Part shown: in pieces, positions 24,076 through 38,700 of the stretch
How positions within the stretch are numbered: position 1 is the first letter of the stretch
Layout: each line of letters begins with the position of its first letter
Origin: Octopus bimaculoides
Taxonomy: Eukaryota
Direction: 5' to 3'
Assembly: GCF_001194135.2 (NCBI RefSeq)
Contig: NC_068989.1
Location: 25,624,671-25,688,670 of the forward strand
Length of the DNA stretch: 64,000 nucleotides
Translations under genes and position numbers: made by a program
Notes under the pieces: generated by a model
What the model saw: the letters and a program-made list of their open reading frames with translations, nothing else
Database searches by the model: none
What the model was told of the DNA's origin: nothing

Positions 24076-25984
24076 TGTAATTACCTTAAATACGTTCTAT
24101 TTTATGAGGTTATGGTAAATCACGGTGCGTATTTAATTGTAGTAAAACACACTTTTGAATATACGTTCTTATACGCATACTAACGACTATCAACCACATA
24201 TTTAATCACAATCTTCCAAGAACACCTAATTACAACACCATTGAAACCAGAATAATCGATGGTGATATGGCATAAAGCTAACTATAATTGAGTAAATGCC
24301 ATAAGTTAACTACGAAGTAACTACGAAGGACGTTGGAAGTTTCTATTAATGCATACTGCAGAAAGTATATTTAATAGTTAGCGAGCAATTTGAAATTGAA
24401 TTTCAAGTTTTAAGCATTATATAGAAGATATTTGTGCAGCAAATCTCTATCACAAATTGCTAGGAAACCATTCGTTATGCAGTTTAACCGCAATTGAATC
24501 TTTAATGGAGTCATTTTCTACCTTGCATTTGGACCAGGCATCATTTTTTTTTTTTGCTGAAGGGAATGCCCACATATCATCTCAAAATATATGAGACATG
24601 TGATGACATTTTTTGTCCACTGATGACTCGAGAGTTTTTGTATAAGTCTTCTTTAGAAGTCTTATACAATTTCTTTGAAGGTTACGTTAAAAATAATCGG
24701 GATATTGTCGAAATCTTAGAGCCGTGTTTTGCTGCATCGTGGGGAAGAAAAAGCTGTATCCTGGGAGAAGCACCCTCATGATAAAAAATTAATTTTAGAG
24801 ACAATTGTTTTATGTTTTTGAAAGCCACATCCGAACGCTAAAAGCCTGCTATCAGACAAAGTTGTGGGGAAGACTACTGGAGCGCTCGTTTGCAGTTAAG
24901 CAAAATCACCAGAAAATGATTGCTTATTTCATGGACTGCTGCCAGATATTATTGTAGTACGCAACTGTACTCTTTTCTCATTAACTGCCCTGCGATTATT
25001 CTTGCGGCAAACACTGATCACACCACACACGTCATTATTAACCACTTACCACCAACTGGTATTCAACTACGACTACTTCCTATGTATACAACAATACATT
25101 ATTTGATAATGCTGGAGTGTATGGATGTTCTATCATCGGTCATTTATTGTTCGTTGTTTCAACAACTTATAATCTGTAAAATAAGTAGCAGTCTTTAATA
25201 TAACATCTACTTTCTAGGTTTTTATCAGGCAGTCATGTCTACTTCCGTGGTCATTTCATTTTCTCTGTAAACAACAGATAAATATTTGCTGGGAGATGGG
25301 TTCAGTTAACTCTGCGGAAATCACAGCAACAACTTCTCAGCAAGCGTCGTGGAAGTTGGATGGCAACTCTGAAGCTATATTTATAAATAATAATGCATCT
25401 TCAATAGCGCAAAATGCGGAATTGAATGCTAGCTTTGAAGTACAGAAAACTGAATATAGCTCGTTTCTAGATTTAAAATGCATTGTGAGAATTGAAAAGT
25501 TATAAGAATATTGGGATTAAAACAGCAATTACGTAATGGTATTTTGCTTTAAAGCCTGAGACATTAAAATGTAAATATTCTTCATGGTTTCAACACGACT
25601 TATTTTTTTTGTGGGTGGCTGATAAAATAAGTTAGCTTAGACATGTAAAATGTCATGCTTTTAATTGTATTTTTTGTTCTTATCTTTACTGTCACAGTCA
25701 CCTAAATAGGTTCTCTTATCTGTTTTCCTTTACCATAATAATTAATAGGTAGGTCACCATGTCCCGGGTATTTTGGGTATCATTTTTATTGTGATTGCAA
25801 ATATTATGTGAGATTTTGTCTTTTTGTTTGTGTTTGCTATTTTTAAAGTAATTTGGCAGTCCCCCTCGGACCTCACCCGATGCAATGACCATTTAGAGGT
25901 GTTGATAAAAAATAATGAATATAAATATATAGAGTAATCTTACATAATGTCATATGTATATGAAAATAGCAACTTACGCTGGTG

Positions 25985-26620
25985 TGGGGTGCATGCATAT
26001 GTATATCCAAAGAACAACGAAAAATTAATAACATTCCACATACATCGAATACTCTACCCATTATTACTACACACAACCCAAGAAATACAGAGGTTTACAA
26101 TATTATCCGCCAGAACATTTCATTGTTAAGACAATACCCTAGAATGAATCAAGCATTTGAAATACACAAAATTATCCAGAATAAAAGACAATCAAAGTCT
26201 CTTAAAAATTCCTCACAAATGTTAAATTACCTTCTACAATTCCCCCACCAACAGTGAAAATGTGTGGCTGCAATTGTGATGCAAATTCAAATCAGGACAG
26301 AGTTTTACCGTAAAAAATCACTTGAGATGTTCTTCCAGGAATTTAATATACACTATCACATGTCAAGGATATAATGAGGATTACATAGGTCAAACAAAGC
26401 TTATTCTAAGAAATAGACTGACCATTTACCGACAATAAATACGAGACACCTATACTAGACTGATTCCACTGAGTGGACACAGACATATGTGCAAAAAATA
26501 GGTTCTCCAAATTCCAGGTCTTCCCACTCTACCTATGTTCCGTGAATACCACAGATGACGCACGAATAAAATAAGGAAATACTTTCATACAAAAGTACAA
26601 ACCAAGTCTAAACGAACTTT
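25985..26620 (+). mobile_element. Penelope-like element 2: linker and GIY-YIG endonuclease
   Basis: LPIITTHNPRNTEVYNIIRQN..KRQSKSLK; then LRCSSRNLIYTITCQGYNEDYIGQTKLILRNRLTIYRQ*IRD..LSGH, ending in a KYFI.KY.PSLN-like tail. Confidence 0.88.
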
Positions 26621-27012
26621 AACAGAGTACATACACAAATAACTATTCCCATACAAAAACTATTCTGCCTGTTAACATGAAGAACCTATACAGCTAACAA
26701 CCTAATCTTTAGCCACGGAACTATATACAAACGACTCCTGTCCACTCTCCCACCAAACATGAAATTTGGAGTGCCTTGATTGTAACTAAACATGTTCACT
26801 CAACCGTATCGGACTTCATTTTAGGCGCAAAGTATAGTCACGTGACACTAACGCACGTATGTTGCAGGAATTGCACTCTCTCTCTCTCACGCACACATTC
26901 TCTCTTCTCTATGTATATACATATATACACACATACGCACAAATATATATATATACATACATATATACAGATATATATATATACACACAAACAGACACAT
27001 ACACACACACAC

Positions 27013-27175
27013 AGGCGTGACTGTGGTAAGAACCTGGCTTCCCTTCTGCAGCCTTCCTTATTCACACCCATTGCGTGGCACTTTGAGCAACTATCTGCTA
27101 CTATGGCCTCGGGTCGACCTAAAGTTTGTGAGTGGATTTGATAAACAGAAACTGAAAGAAGTCTGCCGTATCATA
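27013..27175 (+). mobile_element. SINE family A 5' half, older copy
   Basis: GCGTGGCACTTTGAGCAA..CTATGGCCTCGGGTCGACC.AAAG.TTGTGAGTGGATTTG.TA.AC.GAAACTGAAAGAAG matches 51140-51232. Confidence 0.85.
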
Positions 27176-30105
27176 TACGGTCCGTTTCTTTCATTTTCCG
27201 TCGATCAAAGTACAGCGGGCAACAGCAATATGCCTTCGACGACTCAGTATGTCTAGCGAGACATCCTCTTCTTCATGCATGAACCTGATGTGACACAAAC
27301 TGCACAGATTGATGCAACAGAATTGCACATGAGTTGACATATACCATTAGTCAAAATTTTACCCCCCCCCCACACACATACGCCCGCCCGCACGCACGCA
27401 CACACACATACACACACACACAACCAAAATCTTTCGTTCCATTATGCCTGCTGCGAATTGATTTGCTTCTTATACAGCTTTCACTCTGTTTTTTCCAGAA
27501 TTATGTTCGCGTTCTTCCAACATATATTAATTTTCTTGAGCGTTAACTCCATGATTTGATTTTTTAAATAGAAACTGAAGGGACCAAAAATATAGAGTTA
27601 AATATATTAAGTTATTTATATTTATGTGTTATGTTCTCAATTTGTTTGTACATATTGTGAATAAAATTTAGAAGATTAAATCTAATCTTTTTATTAATAA
27701 TACATTTGAATTAAAAACAAGGCCGCTTCTGAATTTGCGATTAAATTGAAATGTCTAAAATTTACATGTTTTATATTTTCTTATATTTACTTATTTAACT
27801 CTCGACCACTGTAACATAATTGGATTTCTATATCCAAATATTCGGGCTTTTTGTCACAGTGTTTTCGAATCTTGTTCATTCTAATTCTTCTTCATATGAC
27901 ACATTGACGGATCGTGTTCTCATAGACGTGAATTCATGAAAATCTATTATCAAAGCTTCAACAACATCATCGTTATATACTGTTTACTGTACTACTGTTG
28001 CACTGCGAAACTATAATTTCGATGGACGGCTCAGTTAAATGTACTGCCAAATGATTAGCAGATACAACAAGGAACATACAGTAAAAACGTACTGTACATA
28101 TCGACACAGATAATTTATTAACTGGATAGTTAGTATCCTTGTAGATAAAAAATCTTTGGAGTCATTGTATCCATATCCTGTTTCATCTACAACTTCGTAC
28201 ACGTTGACAATAGAAGCAACAATATCGACAGTAGGTACATTTGTATTCAAAATATATCCAGCATGAACTGTATACTGTATCTCCTTTTTAATAAATCAAA
28301 TAAATCAAATCGTTAGTAAGATAACTATCGATACTAACGTCGATATCACTTATAGCTCCACAATAATCTCCACTGTTCATTATATCTAACACAACCGACT
28401 ATATAACTGGCGTTGGCTATAACATCTGCAGCAGCAATCTCTTCATCTTATATCAATCTCATCTCAAATCAACAGTATTAAGAATTCCACCATAAATTCT
28501 AACTGCCGTTTTTCTTCTTCAGTAATAACACTGACGTTCTTATCATTAGTATTTTATTTAATAATATCATTATCACAATCTGGAGACATTGCATATGTTT
28601 ATTAAAGTATATAATTTATTCTTGTATACCAGCAGAAATATGGGAGAAGTGTGAAGTGTTGCAAACAAAATAACTGAAAAGAAGTTGTTGCGAAAATATA
28701 CAGTGATATGCATTCCTTTTTATTAATGACAATGTCACAATTAACCGAGGGTTTATTTATTTTATGTGTAAGTAGCTAACGTCAGCTTACCATAAAGCGT
28801 CACTTCAATGAAACGTCTATTGAATTATTGAAGTGTTATATTAGAACACTTGTTATATGAGTGATGCTGTTGTTAGATCACTTGAATATAATTAGAGACT
28901 GTGTAACTTCGAGTTATATTTCATATTTGTCATCTGTTATAAGTAAAGTAAACATGCCTTGGAAGAATCAGGAAGTTTATGTTTTCCAATTTCACATAAT
29001 CTCATACATCACCATAACTTGCAGAAATAATAATTTATACATTTTATAACTGAACAGAAAGAATAGAGACAAAGGTCTTTGTTTTGATTTCTTACAGATA
29101 TTCATGAAATGGATTGATATTTCTACGGCCATGAAAGAACAAGGTTTTCGCTCGTATGATAATGTAATACGATGAACAAAATCCTACATTTGCTTCTAAT
29201 ATTTTAGAAAACATTCTCGTAGTATCCTATTTTTTTTTTTTTTGCAAAACTCATGATCTCCAGGGTACATATATATTTTCAAACATTTAAGCGTCATATA
29301 AAGTTGGATATAGCAACTACATAAGAATATGTACGTATTACTTAAAATAAATTGTACAGTAGCCAAACATACCATTATTTAAGAGCTCATATTGTGTGTG
29401 TGCAGAACGTTTTTCATTGGAGGAGAGCTTTAGTAATGTTCAACAATATGAGTAATTCCATACAAGTATAAACATTTCTAATATCATATGCATAATATAT
29501 ACATGTGCTTTTAAACGCTTGATGCTGCAGTATTTCAAATTATTTTGTTCTGAAAATATTCTTAATTTATATTTATTTGTATTTACTATAACAAATGTGA
29601 AAAAAAAAACATTTTATCTTATACTTCTTTCGCATAAAAAGGAATATTAATATATCGTAAGTGAAATATAATTAGTAAAATGTTAATTGTTCTATTTTTT
29701 AAATTCCATTCATTTTCCTTCCATAATTACGAAGCATCTTTTGTAGTCCCCTACAATATGAACAAACGTTCCGTCAATTGCCTGCAGAAAGATACAACTA
29801 ATTAGGATATAAGAATGATAGTTAAAAGTAAATTAGTGATATATATATTATGGTAAAAGGTACAACAATTTTCATTACGTAATAAAGACTGTTGTGACGC
29901 TGGAAGAAACATCGAAGTGGTAATTACTTTCCTGATATCTGTAAAGAAATTGTATTTATTGGCATCCTGGAGACCAATACAAATTATCAGTGCTGTCGCC
30001 TTTGTGTCGTGAACGTAAGAGAATAAATAGTATAGCACTTCTGTTATAAGTAGCATTTGAAAAAGTTATCTTTAACTTTTCAGTGTTTCGTTCCCTCTCT
30101 CCCCC

Positions 30106-30137
<32 letters not shown>

Positions 30138-30879
30138 TCTCCAGATACGTAATCCAAGACGTTCAATTACGTGTCGTGTAAGAAATTATATATTAAATAA
30201 AATACATTTCTTGATAACCTCGATTTTCTTCTTTTACATGTGTCACATGTGCTCATATGTTTCGTATAATGCCCTTTGCTTTGGAACGATCGCTGATCCA
30301 GAAGCTAATCCGATGCTAAAAATAAGCTATGTATAATATATAAAAATATATACACACATAAGACACACATACACATACTAAAGAAGACTGACAAAGAATA
30401 AAACAAAAGAATCAATTTATAAATATATCGTAAATAAAATAATTGAATAAAAACATGGGCACAAACAGTGTAGTAAGTAAACTTATATACACACACACAC
30501 AAAACACATATTCTAATCATACACACGCACACACACATGATAAGGGATAATATCACAGAAAGACAAAATGGAATAAGCAAAAGAAGAGGGGACACTTTAG
30601 AACAAGATACACTTTATAAGTCATAGGATGTCTGACCAGGTAGATTTGCCAGTTTTGTCGCTGACGGCCAAATCATGAATTAGGTTGTGTTGGATTACAT
30701 GTTAACAATAAGCACTGAAAGCGATCTCACATATTATTATAATTATTATTATATCCACCAGTTTCGTCTCTACCACAAAGTTATAACTACTAATAGTGCT
30801 CTTATTATCATTCCAATTACTATATCTATTACTATAATGTTATTATGATCATCCTCACTACCATTATCATTAACAAAAT

Positions 30880-31050
30880 ACCACGGAAGGTAGTGGGATG
30901 AATCTCAGATTTCGGGATTTAAAAATTTCCGATACAAAGACTTTCCTCTCGAAGTCGCGAGAATAACTACCATTTGAAAACTGGGGCGATGTTATCAACT
31001 TCTCCTCTCCCTTGAAATTACTGATCTTGTGCCACAATTTGAAACCGATA
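30880..31050 (+). mobile_element. SINE family B 3' part
   Basis: AACTGGGGCGATGTTATCAAC..CCCTTGAAATTACTGATCTTGTGCCACAATTTGAAACC; reverse complement resembles 63137-63200. Confidence 0.6.
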
Positions 31051-32999
31051 TTATGGAAGGAATATGAAGGACTTTGATCTTATATCTGCAGTTTTCTTTT
31101 CTTTTCATTTTCTTCATTGTCTCAGTGTCGCAGCACTGAAAGAATGCTAAGTCAATATGAGTTTGTTAGTTGTTTTCAGGTAGACGTAAATGATATTAAG
31201 TATACTATATTAACTATTCGAATCGTCACTATCTCATTTAAGAATGATGCAACTGCATGATTTTAACAGGTTTCATGTTTTATCTTACGGTGCTTCTGAT
31301 CTGTGGAAGAAAAGCTATTCCCTATTTAATTAACATATGCGCGAGCGGCATTTATAGATCCTAATAACCATATCAGAAAATTTTCTTTTTCTGTGTCTCT
31401 GTATACACACATACACACATATATGCCTGTATATGTATGCATGTGATTGTTTATGTGTGTACATGTATGCATGTGTGTATATATGTGGCTGGGGTATGTA
31501 ATGTCATCACTCTGCTTCAGCTTTCTCAAATTTTCATCAGCATAAAACAATAATCGAAGTCACTTGCATAAGTGATGTACGCTTGGTTGAATCTCAAAAC
31601 TACAGTTATAAATGAACATCTTCATCACACATTCATGCTTTCACCAATGGTTATGCTATATAAAATGCAAATGAGACATGCATACCACTGCATATAATTT
31701 ATTGAATGAAATTATCTACAATGCAAAAATACAATAGGTATGAAAGTTCAATTACCGAAGAAAAAACAATTCCTAATATGGATTGTGATGATTCATGCAA
31801 ACTGGTGCAAATTGATTATTAAGAATGACGAAAGAATGAAGCAAAATAGTAGAGATGCTGCATGGTTCGTTATCATGAAAAATACATTGTAACAGCGTTT
31901 CATCCAAAGCATTAGAAATCTTAAATTCCTTGTCAGTGATAACAATGCTTTCTAATATCCTTTCCTATTGGAATCCGATATCAATAGAATTCATGATGCA
32001 TGATGGCACATAGAATTGCATAACAATCAAAGAATTGCAGGGGAAATATCATTTCACATATCAGCTTCTTCTTTGCGCTGAAATTTTATATCAGTTATAT
32101 TTACCTTAGCGGAAACAGTACTCAATCCATATATTAGCGTTAAATTTGTTTGTCTACTGGTCTTTGTTTCATTTGCCATTATGAGTAGTCACAAGCCCGC
32201 ACCCACCCAAGCATACATACGTACATACATATTTGTAGATATATNNNNNNNNNNNNNNNNNNNNNNNNNNNNNNNNNNNNNNNNNNNNNNNNNNNNNNNN
32301 NNNNNNNNNNNNNNNNNNNNNNNNNNNNNNNNNNNNNNNNNNNNNNNNNNNNNNNNNNNNNNNNNNNNNNNNNNNNNNNNNNNNNNNNNNNNNNNNNNNN
32401 NNNNNNNNNNNNNNNNNNNNNNNNNNNNNNNNNNNNNNNNNNNNNNNNNNNNNNNNNNNNNNNNNNNNNNNNNNNNNNNNNNNNNNNNNNNNNNNNNNNN
32501 NNNNNNNNNNNNNNNNNNNNNNNNNNNNNNNNNNNNNNNNNNNNNNNNNNNNNNNNNNNNNNNNNNNNNNNNNNNNNNNNNNNNNNNNNNNNNNNNNNNN
32601 NNNNNNNNNNNNNNNNNNNNNNNNNNNNNNNNNNNNNNNNNNNNNNNNNNNNNNNNNNNNNNNNNNNNNNNNNNNNNNNNNNNNNNNNNNNNNNNNNNNN
32701 NNNNNNNNNNNNNNNNNNNNNNNNNNNNNNNNNNNNNNNNNNNNNNNNNNNNNNNNNNNNNNNNNNNNNNNNNNNNNNNNNNNNNNNNNNNNNNNNNNNN
32801 NNNNNNNNNNNNNNNNNNNNNNNNNNNNNNNNNNNNNNNNNNNNNNNNNNNNNNNNNNNNNNNNNNNNNNNNNNNNNNNNNNNNNNNNNNNNNNNNNNNN
32901 NNNNNNNNNNNNNNNNNNNNNNNNNNNNNNNNNNNNNNNNNNNNNNNNNNNNNNNNNNNNNNNNNNNNNNNNNNNNNNNNNNNTATATATATATATATA

Positions 33000-34910
33000 T
33001 TCTTTGAGATTGTCTCGTATGGAGCATTATTATGGTATCAAAATGTGTGCAAGTACCAAATTTCCTTGGAAGTATAATGTTGATAACAATAATATCGTAG
33101 AGAATGGGAAAACATCTGGAAGAAAACAAACTTTTCCCGGAAGAGCAGAAGAGATGCTACAAGGGCTCATACGGATGTGAGGATCAGCTTGTAATCAATA
33201 GTGTCATAAACTAAAGGCAGCCACACAAGGAAGAAGGGTGTAAGTATGGCCTGAATCGACTACTGAAAGGCTTTTGATAGTATTCTCCACACAGGGATCC
33301 TAGAAACACTAGCTATGAACAAGGGTGCACAAATAAACATACAATATATAAAACATTCCATGAAAAAATGGCAGACATTTCCACAGCTCCAGACAAAAGG
33401 AGGACTCATAAAGGTCAAAGCCATCCCCATTGGAATAAGAATATTCCAGAGAGATACGCTCTCTCCACTCCTATTCAGCCTGGAACTGACACTTGTATCT
33501 GACATGCCAAACAGAACTGGATGTGGATAGAAATGTTACGGCAAAACAATCGATCATCTCTTGTATGTGGATTATCTAAAACCGTATGCTATAAATGATA
33601 AACAACTGGAAACATTAATACAGACAATACATAGATGCACCAAAGAAATATACCTGAATCTTGGCTTATAAAAATATTCTAAAGTAACCTTGAAAAGAGG
33701 AAAATTAGCTAAGAGTAGCAACATCAGATTAGTTATAGCAAATGAAATAAGAGAATTAGCCCAAAGCCAGACACACAAATACTGAGGAATCGATGAACTA
33801 GATATGATACAACACGCACAAAAAAAGAAGATAAAACAGAATACCCTAAACGGGCTAGATTAATACTGAAAACAAATTCAATGCAAAAAGCAAGATAATA
33901 GATATCAACTCTATAGCCGTCCCAGTTATAAGTTTTAGTTACAACATTCTTAACTGAACTCTAAATGACCTTATCAAAATAGACAAGAAAACAAGAAAAA
34001 TAATGACAGGAAATAAAGAAATCCAAACTAAAACTGGAACAGCAACGGATTATGATAAAACGATGGAAAGAAAGGCCCCTTCATGGAAAATATTGGATTA
34101 AGCTAAACAGAAAAGAAATACACAAAGCAAAATTCCAACTTTAGCTGAGAAGCTCAGGACTCAAGAGACTGAAGGATGTTTTTTAGCAGCTGGAGATCAA
34201 AGCCTTCCGACCAGAAATCACCTAAAATATGCAAGAAAAAGAAATAAAACAAGTAACTGCAGGATATGTGATGATGGAGAAGAAACAATAAATCATATTG
34301 TCTCAGTACGTTCAATCCTGGTTAAGAAGGAATATATTCGCAGACACGACAGAGTTGGGACCTATATACACTGGAAGATATGCTAGCATTATGGAACGAC
34401 AAAAATACAAGATGGTATTGGTACACGCCATAAAAGGTCACAGAAAATGTGAAAGCAACACTATTCTGGAATATGCCAATACACACAGATAGAGGAATTA
34501 AGGTCAATAGGTCAGATATAGTTGTCAAAGATCACCAAGGAAAAATGCTTTCTAATCGATGTATCACTACGAACAGATGACAATGTTTCTCTAAAAGAAA
34601 CGGAGAAACTTTCAAAACACAAAGATCTGTAAGTAGTGGTAACTCGAATGTGGAGCCTAAAAACAGAAACAATTCCTATCATAGATGATAAAAAAAACAT
34701 TCAGACACATATAAAACAAATAAATCAGGACTTACAAGTATATATAAAACAGAAATAATAGCACTGCGAGATACCGCATACATCTTACGTAAAACACCTT
34801 CAATACAGTGAAAATAAGAGCACCACAAAAAACCACAGCACATACCCAAGGCACACAGAGCTGCGATCGGTAGTGCAGTGAAAGCTCGAGTTAAAAATAA
34901 GATTAGTGAA
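33000..34910 (+). mobile_element. R4/Dong-like non-LTR retrotransposon (RT, CCHC zinc motif, RLE, 3' UTR), 5' end lost in gap
   Basis: KGSYGCEDQLVIN; KAFDSILH; RIFQRDTLSPLLF; HLLYVDYLK (decayed YMDD); CRICDDGEETINHIVS; EYIRRHDRVGTYIHWKIC; RPDI-like; KEKLSKHKDL-like. Ends in (GAT)n(AAT)n. Confidence 0.92.
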
Positions 34911-34945
34911 TAATCACAATAATAATGATGATGATGATGATGATG

Positions 34946-35024
<79 letters not shown>

Positions 35025-35105
35025 CAACAACAACAAAAATAATAATAATAACAACAACAATAATAAGAAGAACAACAACAACAACAATAATAATAATATT
35101 AATAA
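34905..35105. repeat. (GAT)n-(AAT)n-(AAC)n array (retrotransposon tail/target)
   Basis: Direct reading. Confidence 0.95.
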
Positions 35106-35659
35106 TAGAGTCTCAGCTCCATGCTGAATAATAACAGAGATGTGCTACACCGAGCTCTCCATTCAAGAACAAATCTAATATAATAACATCTGTGAGATGG
35201 GATAAAGTAATCTGTGGAAGACATGAGGGAAGCGGCCATTTAAATAAAATAATTACAAAAATTAAACTTTACTGCCATGCAAAGCACAGTTTCTCCTATG
35301 CAGGATGTCTCAGTGAAACATGTGCGAAACACACACGTGAAATCAACATCGGAAAGTTTACAAATTACAAAATATACATGGAACAAATCAGTAAGTATAA
35401 AAAAATGAGTAATTACGCATACACTCGAATGTGTACACAATCATATATATATTTTAATACTCATAGGACTACACATACATCCGATTGCTTACACAACGAC
35501 GTGAAATTTACAGGACACACATATGAATATACGTGTCACAAACAAAGCAAGATATAAAAATAAAGCAAAACAAAAATTTTTCTTTTTTTCGAAACAATAC
35601 AGAGTGCACAATTCAAAAGTTTAAAAACACCACAAAAATATGCCCGGAGATAAATCTAC

Positions 35660-35667
35660 AAAAAAAA

Positions 35668-35702
<35 letters not shown>
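35660..35702 (+). repeat. Poly(A) tract (A8-C-A34)
   Basis: Direct reading. Confidence 0.95.
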
Positions 35703-35703
<1 letters not shown>

Positions 35704-35769
35704 AGACGAATACAGATCTGTTAGTCTAAAGAAGCTACGTTACGAGCAATGTTTTCATTCAGAGAACTT

Positions 35770-38700
35770 AGAGGCGTTGTTGTCTCTAAAAAGTAACCCT
35801 AAACGGACAGATTCTTTCCATAATGTCATCACCTAGGTCACCAAGAGTCGCGTAATCGAGTGATGATCCAGAATAGACACCAAAAATCAGCTACTGGTTC
35901 AAATCTTCCCGAAACACAGGAGCTGGAAGTACCGCACAACCGAAATATACCAACAGATGGCCATCCATGCTCGTCATCAAATAACCAATAGATCAAGAAT
36001 GAAAATGGTCTAGAGGATATAATAAAGAAATCCTTAATGCCTTCTATCATGCCATGTAATTCCCCACGAATAAATCTAATACTGTACAAACCTACTTAAA
36101 CTGGGGACATAAACACCTTGAAGTAAGACACTACATAGGCAGTAACAAACTCGTCAGCGTGAGAAGAAACATTATGAAAAAGACATTTCTAACTAAATCA
36201 GAGATTGATCAAATTAAGCAGTCAGTACGGGATAAAAGTAATGATGTTGCAACTAAAGACGATACTACAGAGGAAATATTTATAGACCAAAGCAGGTCTG
36301 ATGAAAATGCAACACTGATTGAAAGAGTTAATGCAACTGATAAACAAAATGAAATACTCTCTGAACCAACCATAAACACTAAGGCAGATCAAAATCAAAT
36401 AGATGAAGAACGTCACACAGAAATTGATCCAATAGCACTACATAACCTAAAAAATCAACTCATGATTGAATGACTGAAAATTATAGAAACCAGTATGAAT
36501 GAAAGTGACACTCTCCCAAAAATTCGCAATTCTAGCCAAAACCTGAAAGTAATTAGTAAAATCTGCCTTGCACTTAAGGCTATAATTTCGTTAATGATAT
36601 TGATATTACAGATCTCGACCACCCTAACTATGCATCCGCGAAAATCTCAACGATTCTGTGTGGTGGAAAAATTAAATTAGAAAGCGACAACATTCCCGCA
36701 TAAAGACCACTTCGTAAGAGCGTATTCAACACCAAATTCAACTACTTAGGTCTGACATAGAATGTTTAAAAGACCTTAAGTCTGACAACACTATCAAACA
36801 AACAACAATCCGAAACCCATACTTAACATCGATACCACTATAGAAACTGTCAAACAAAAGGTATGTGCAAAAGCTCCCCGTGTATCAAGGTATAAAAAGT
36901 GCGTTAGATTCTTCAAGAAAAACATGTTAAAAAAAAAAAAGAAGCGAAAAATGTTTACAGGAAGATAGGGAAAAACCAGTTACAGTAAAGTCTATGCCAT
37001 CAAAAGATGAAGTGCGTGTATTTTGGAATGAAATTTGGGCAGAAAAAAAAGCACACAATTAATAGAGTATCTACAGGATTAATAGAGTATCTACAGAATT
37101 AGACTTCTTAGAAGAGCAAATGCGTGAGGGTATCAAGGAAGAGGCCGTCAGCTTCTGCTCTCATGAAGTCATGCAAATGGAAATCTTCACGAAAGAATAA
37201 AATTCTAACTTCTGGGTGAATGCCTTCCCAGACAGTCATGAACCGCTAACAAAACTTTACAAACATGCTTTGCAGCAACCTAATATGATCCCTTCTTAGC
37301 TAGTTAATTTTGTATCATTCCTACTTCCAAAAAATGAAGAAATAAATGAACCAAAAAATTATCAACGCATAACGTGCTTAACAACAATGTATAAAATACT
37401 AATATCTGTCTTGACTGAATATAATTATAGTTTTTTAATAGTATGTGGCATATTCCCTAATGAGCAAAAGGGATGTAAACGTGAGTCCTATGGTTGTAAA
37501 GATCAGCTACTCATCAATAAGATGATCTTGAAAGATTGACACAAACGACACAAACATTTGTCGATAGCCTGGATAGACTTTAAAAAAGCATTTGATATTC
37601 TATCACATAGCTTGAAATATATAAAATAGCACATATTCTGCGAAACGTTTTGTCTGTAAACATGAGAACATTGAGAACCACACTAACTTTGAACAGTGAC
37701 AATGAATTTCTCAATGCTGGAGATGTAAGAATTTCATGTGGCATTTTCCAGAGTGATTCTCTCTCACTATTCCTGTTTTGTCTAGCCTTAATGCCTCTCT
37801 CAATATTGTTCGATGATGTACAATACGGCTATAAAATGTTTGATAAAAATATAGATTATCAAAGATGATTTAAAGCTCTATGCAAAAAAATGATCAACAA
37901 CTACTGTGATAACATCAGGATGCAATTTAGCCTCGACAAATGTGCAAAATCTACCTTAATAAGAAGAAAAATGATAGAAACATCCAACGTTATTCTTGAC
38001 CAGCAGAATGCCATAAAAAATTTAGAACCAGGTGAGAGGTATAAATACCTAGATGTATTTGAAGGGGACGGACTCAAACATTCAGTGGTGAGGGAAAGGA
38101 TCAGAACAGAATGTTATCGCAGGGTAAGGGAAATATTCAAGACAGAACTGAATGCAAAAACCATGATCGAAGCAATCAGTACTTTAGGCATAAAGGTCAT
38201 GACTTATAGTTTCAATATTATTAACTGGTCAATTACTGAAATATGTAATCTTGACTGAAAATTACGAAAATTGTTGACAATGCAAATAATCCACCACCCT
38301 AAGGCAGATTATAGAACGACTTTACCTGCCCCAAAAAGAGGGTGGCCTTGCACATTTACAGCTAGAATTAACAATGAACATTGACACTATTGGCCTAGAC
38401 ACCTACTTAAAAAGCATGAAAACAAGAAAGCATCATACTCAGTAACAAAACAGGCAAAGCAATATCTAGGTGAATTCGAAATACAAAAAACTCCAGAATT
38501 AAATATATTAGAAACAAGCACAAAAATGCTAAACATATGAAACCCCGTGCGAAAAATGCTATCTTAAATATCCCTACTGATAAATGGCCAGAAACTCCTC
38601 TCAAAGGCAAATACCCAGGGAGTGCTAATAGTGACAATGTTGACAAAGCCCTTACCCATCAATGGTTAGTGTCTTCTGGGTTAAAATCAGAAACAGAAGG

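Noticed and set aside
25296-25505. 69-aa ORF MGSVNSAEIT..
   Set aside because: No splice signals or recognisable domain; its length is expected by chance.
27950-28620. Ser/Thr-rich stretch ending in a hydrophobic segment, resembling a mucin or GPI-anchored protein
   Set aside because: Many stops and frameshifts; the composition fits decayed ACT/ATC trinucleotide repeats like those near 25000 and 30800.
24620-31545. CTGATGA motifs at about 24621 (+) and about 31535 (-) as hammerhead cores
   Set aside because: No valid stem II followed by GAAA and a paired stem III/UH site.
37058-37100. 20-bp tandem duplication TTAATAGAGTATCTACAG(G/A)A
   Set aside because: Ordinary post-insertion slippage inside a dead retrotransposon.
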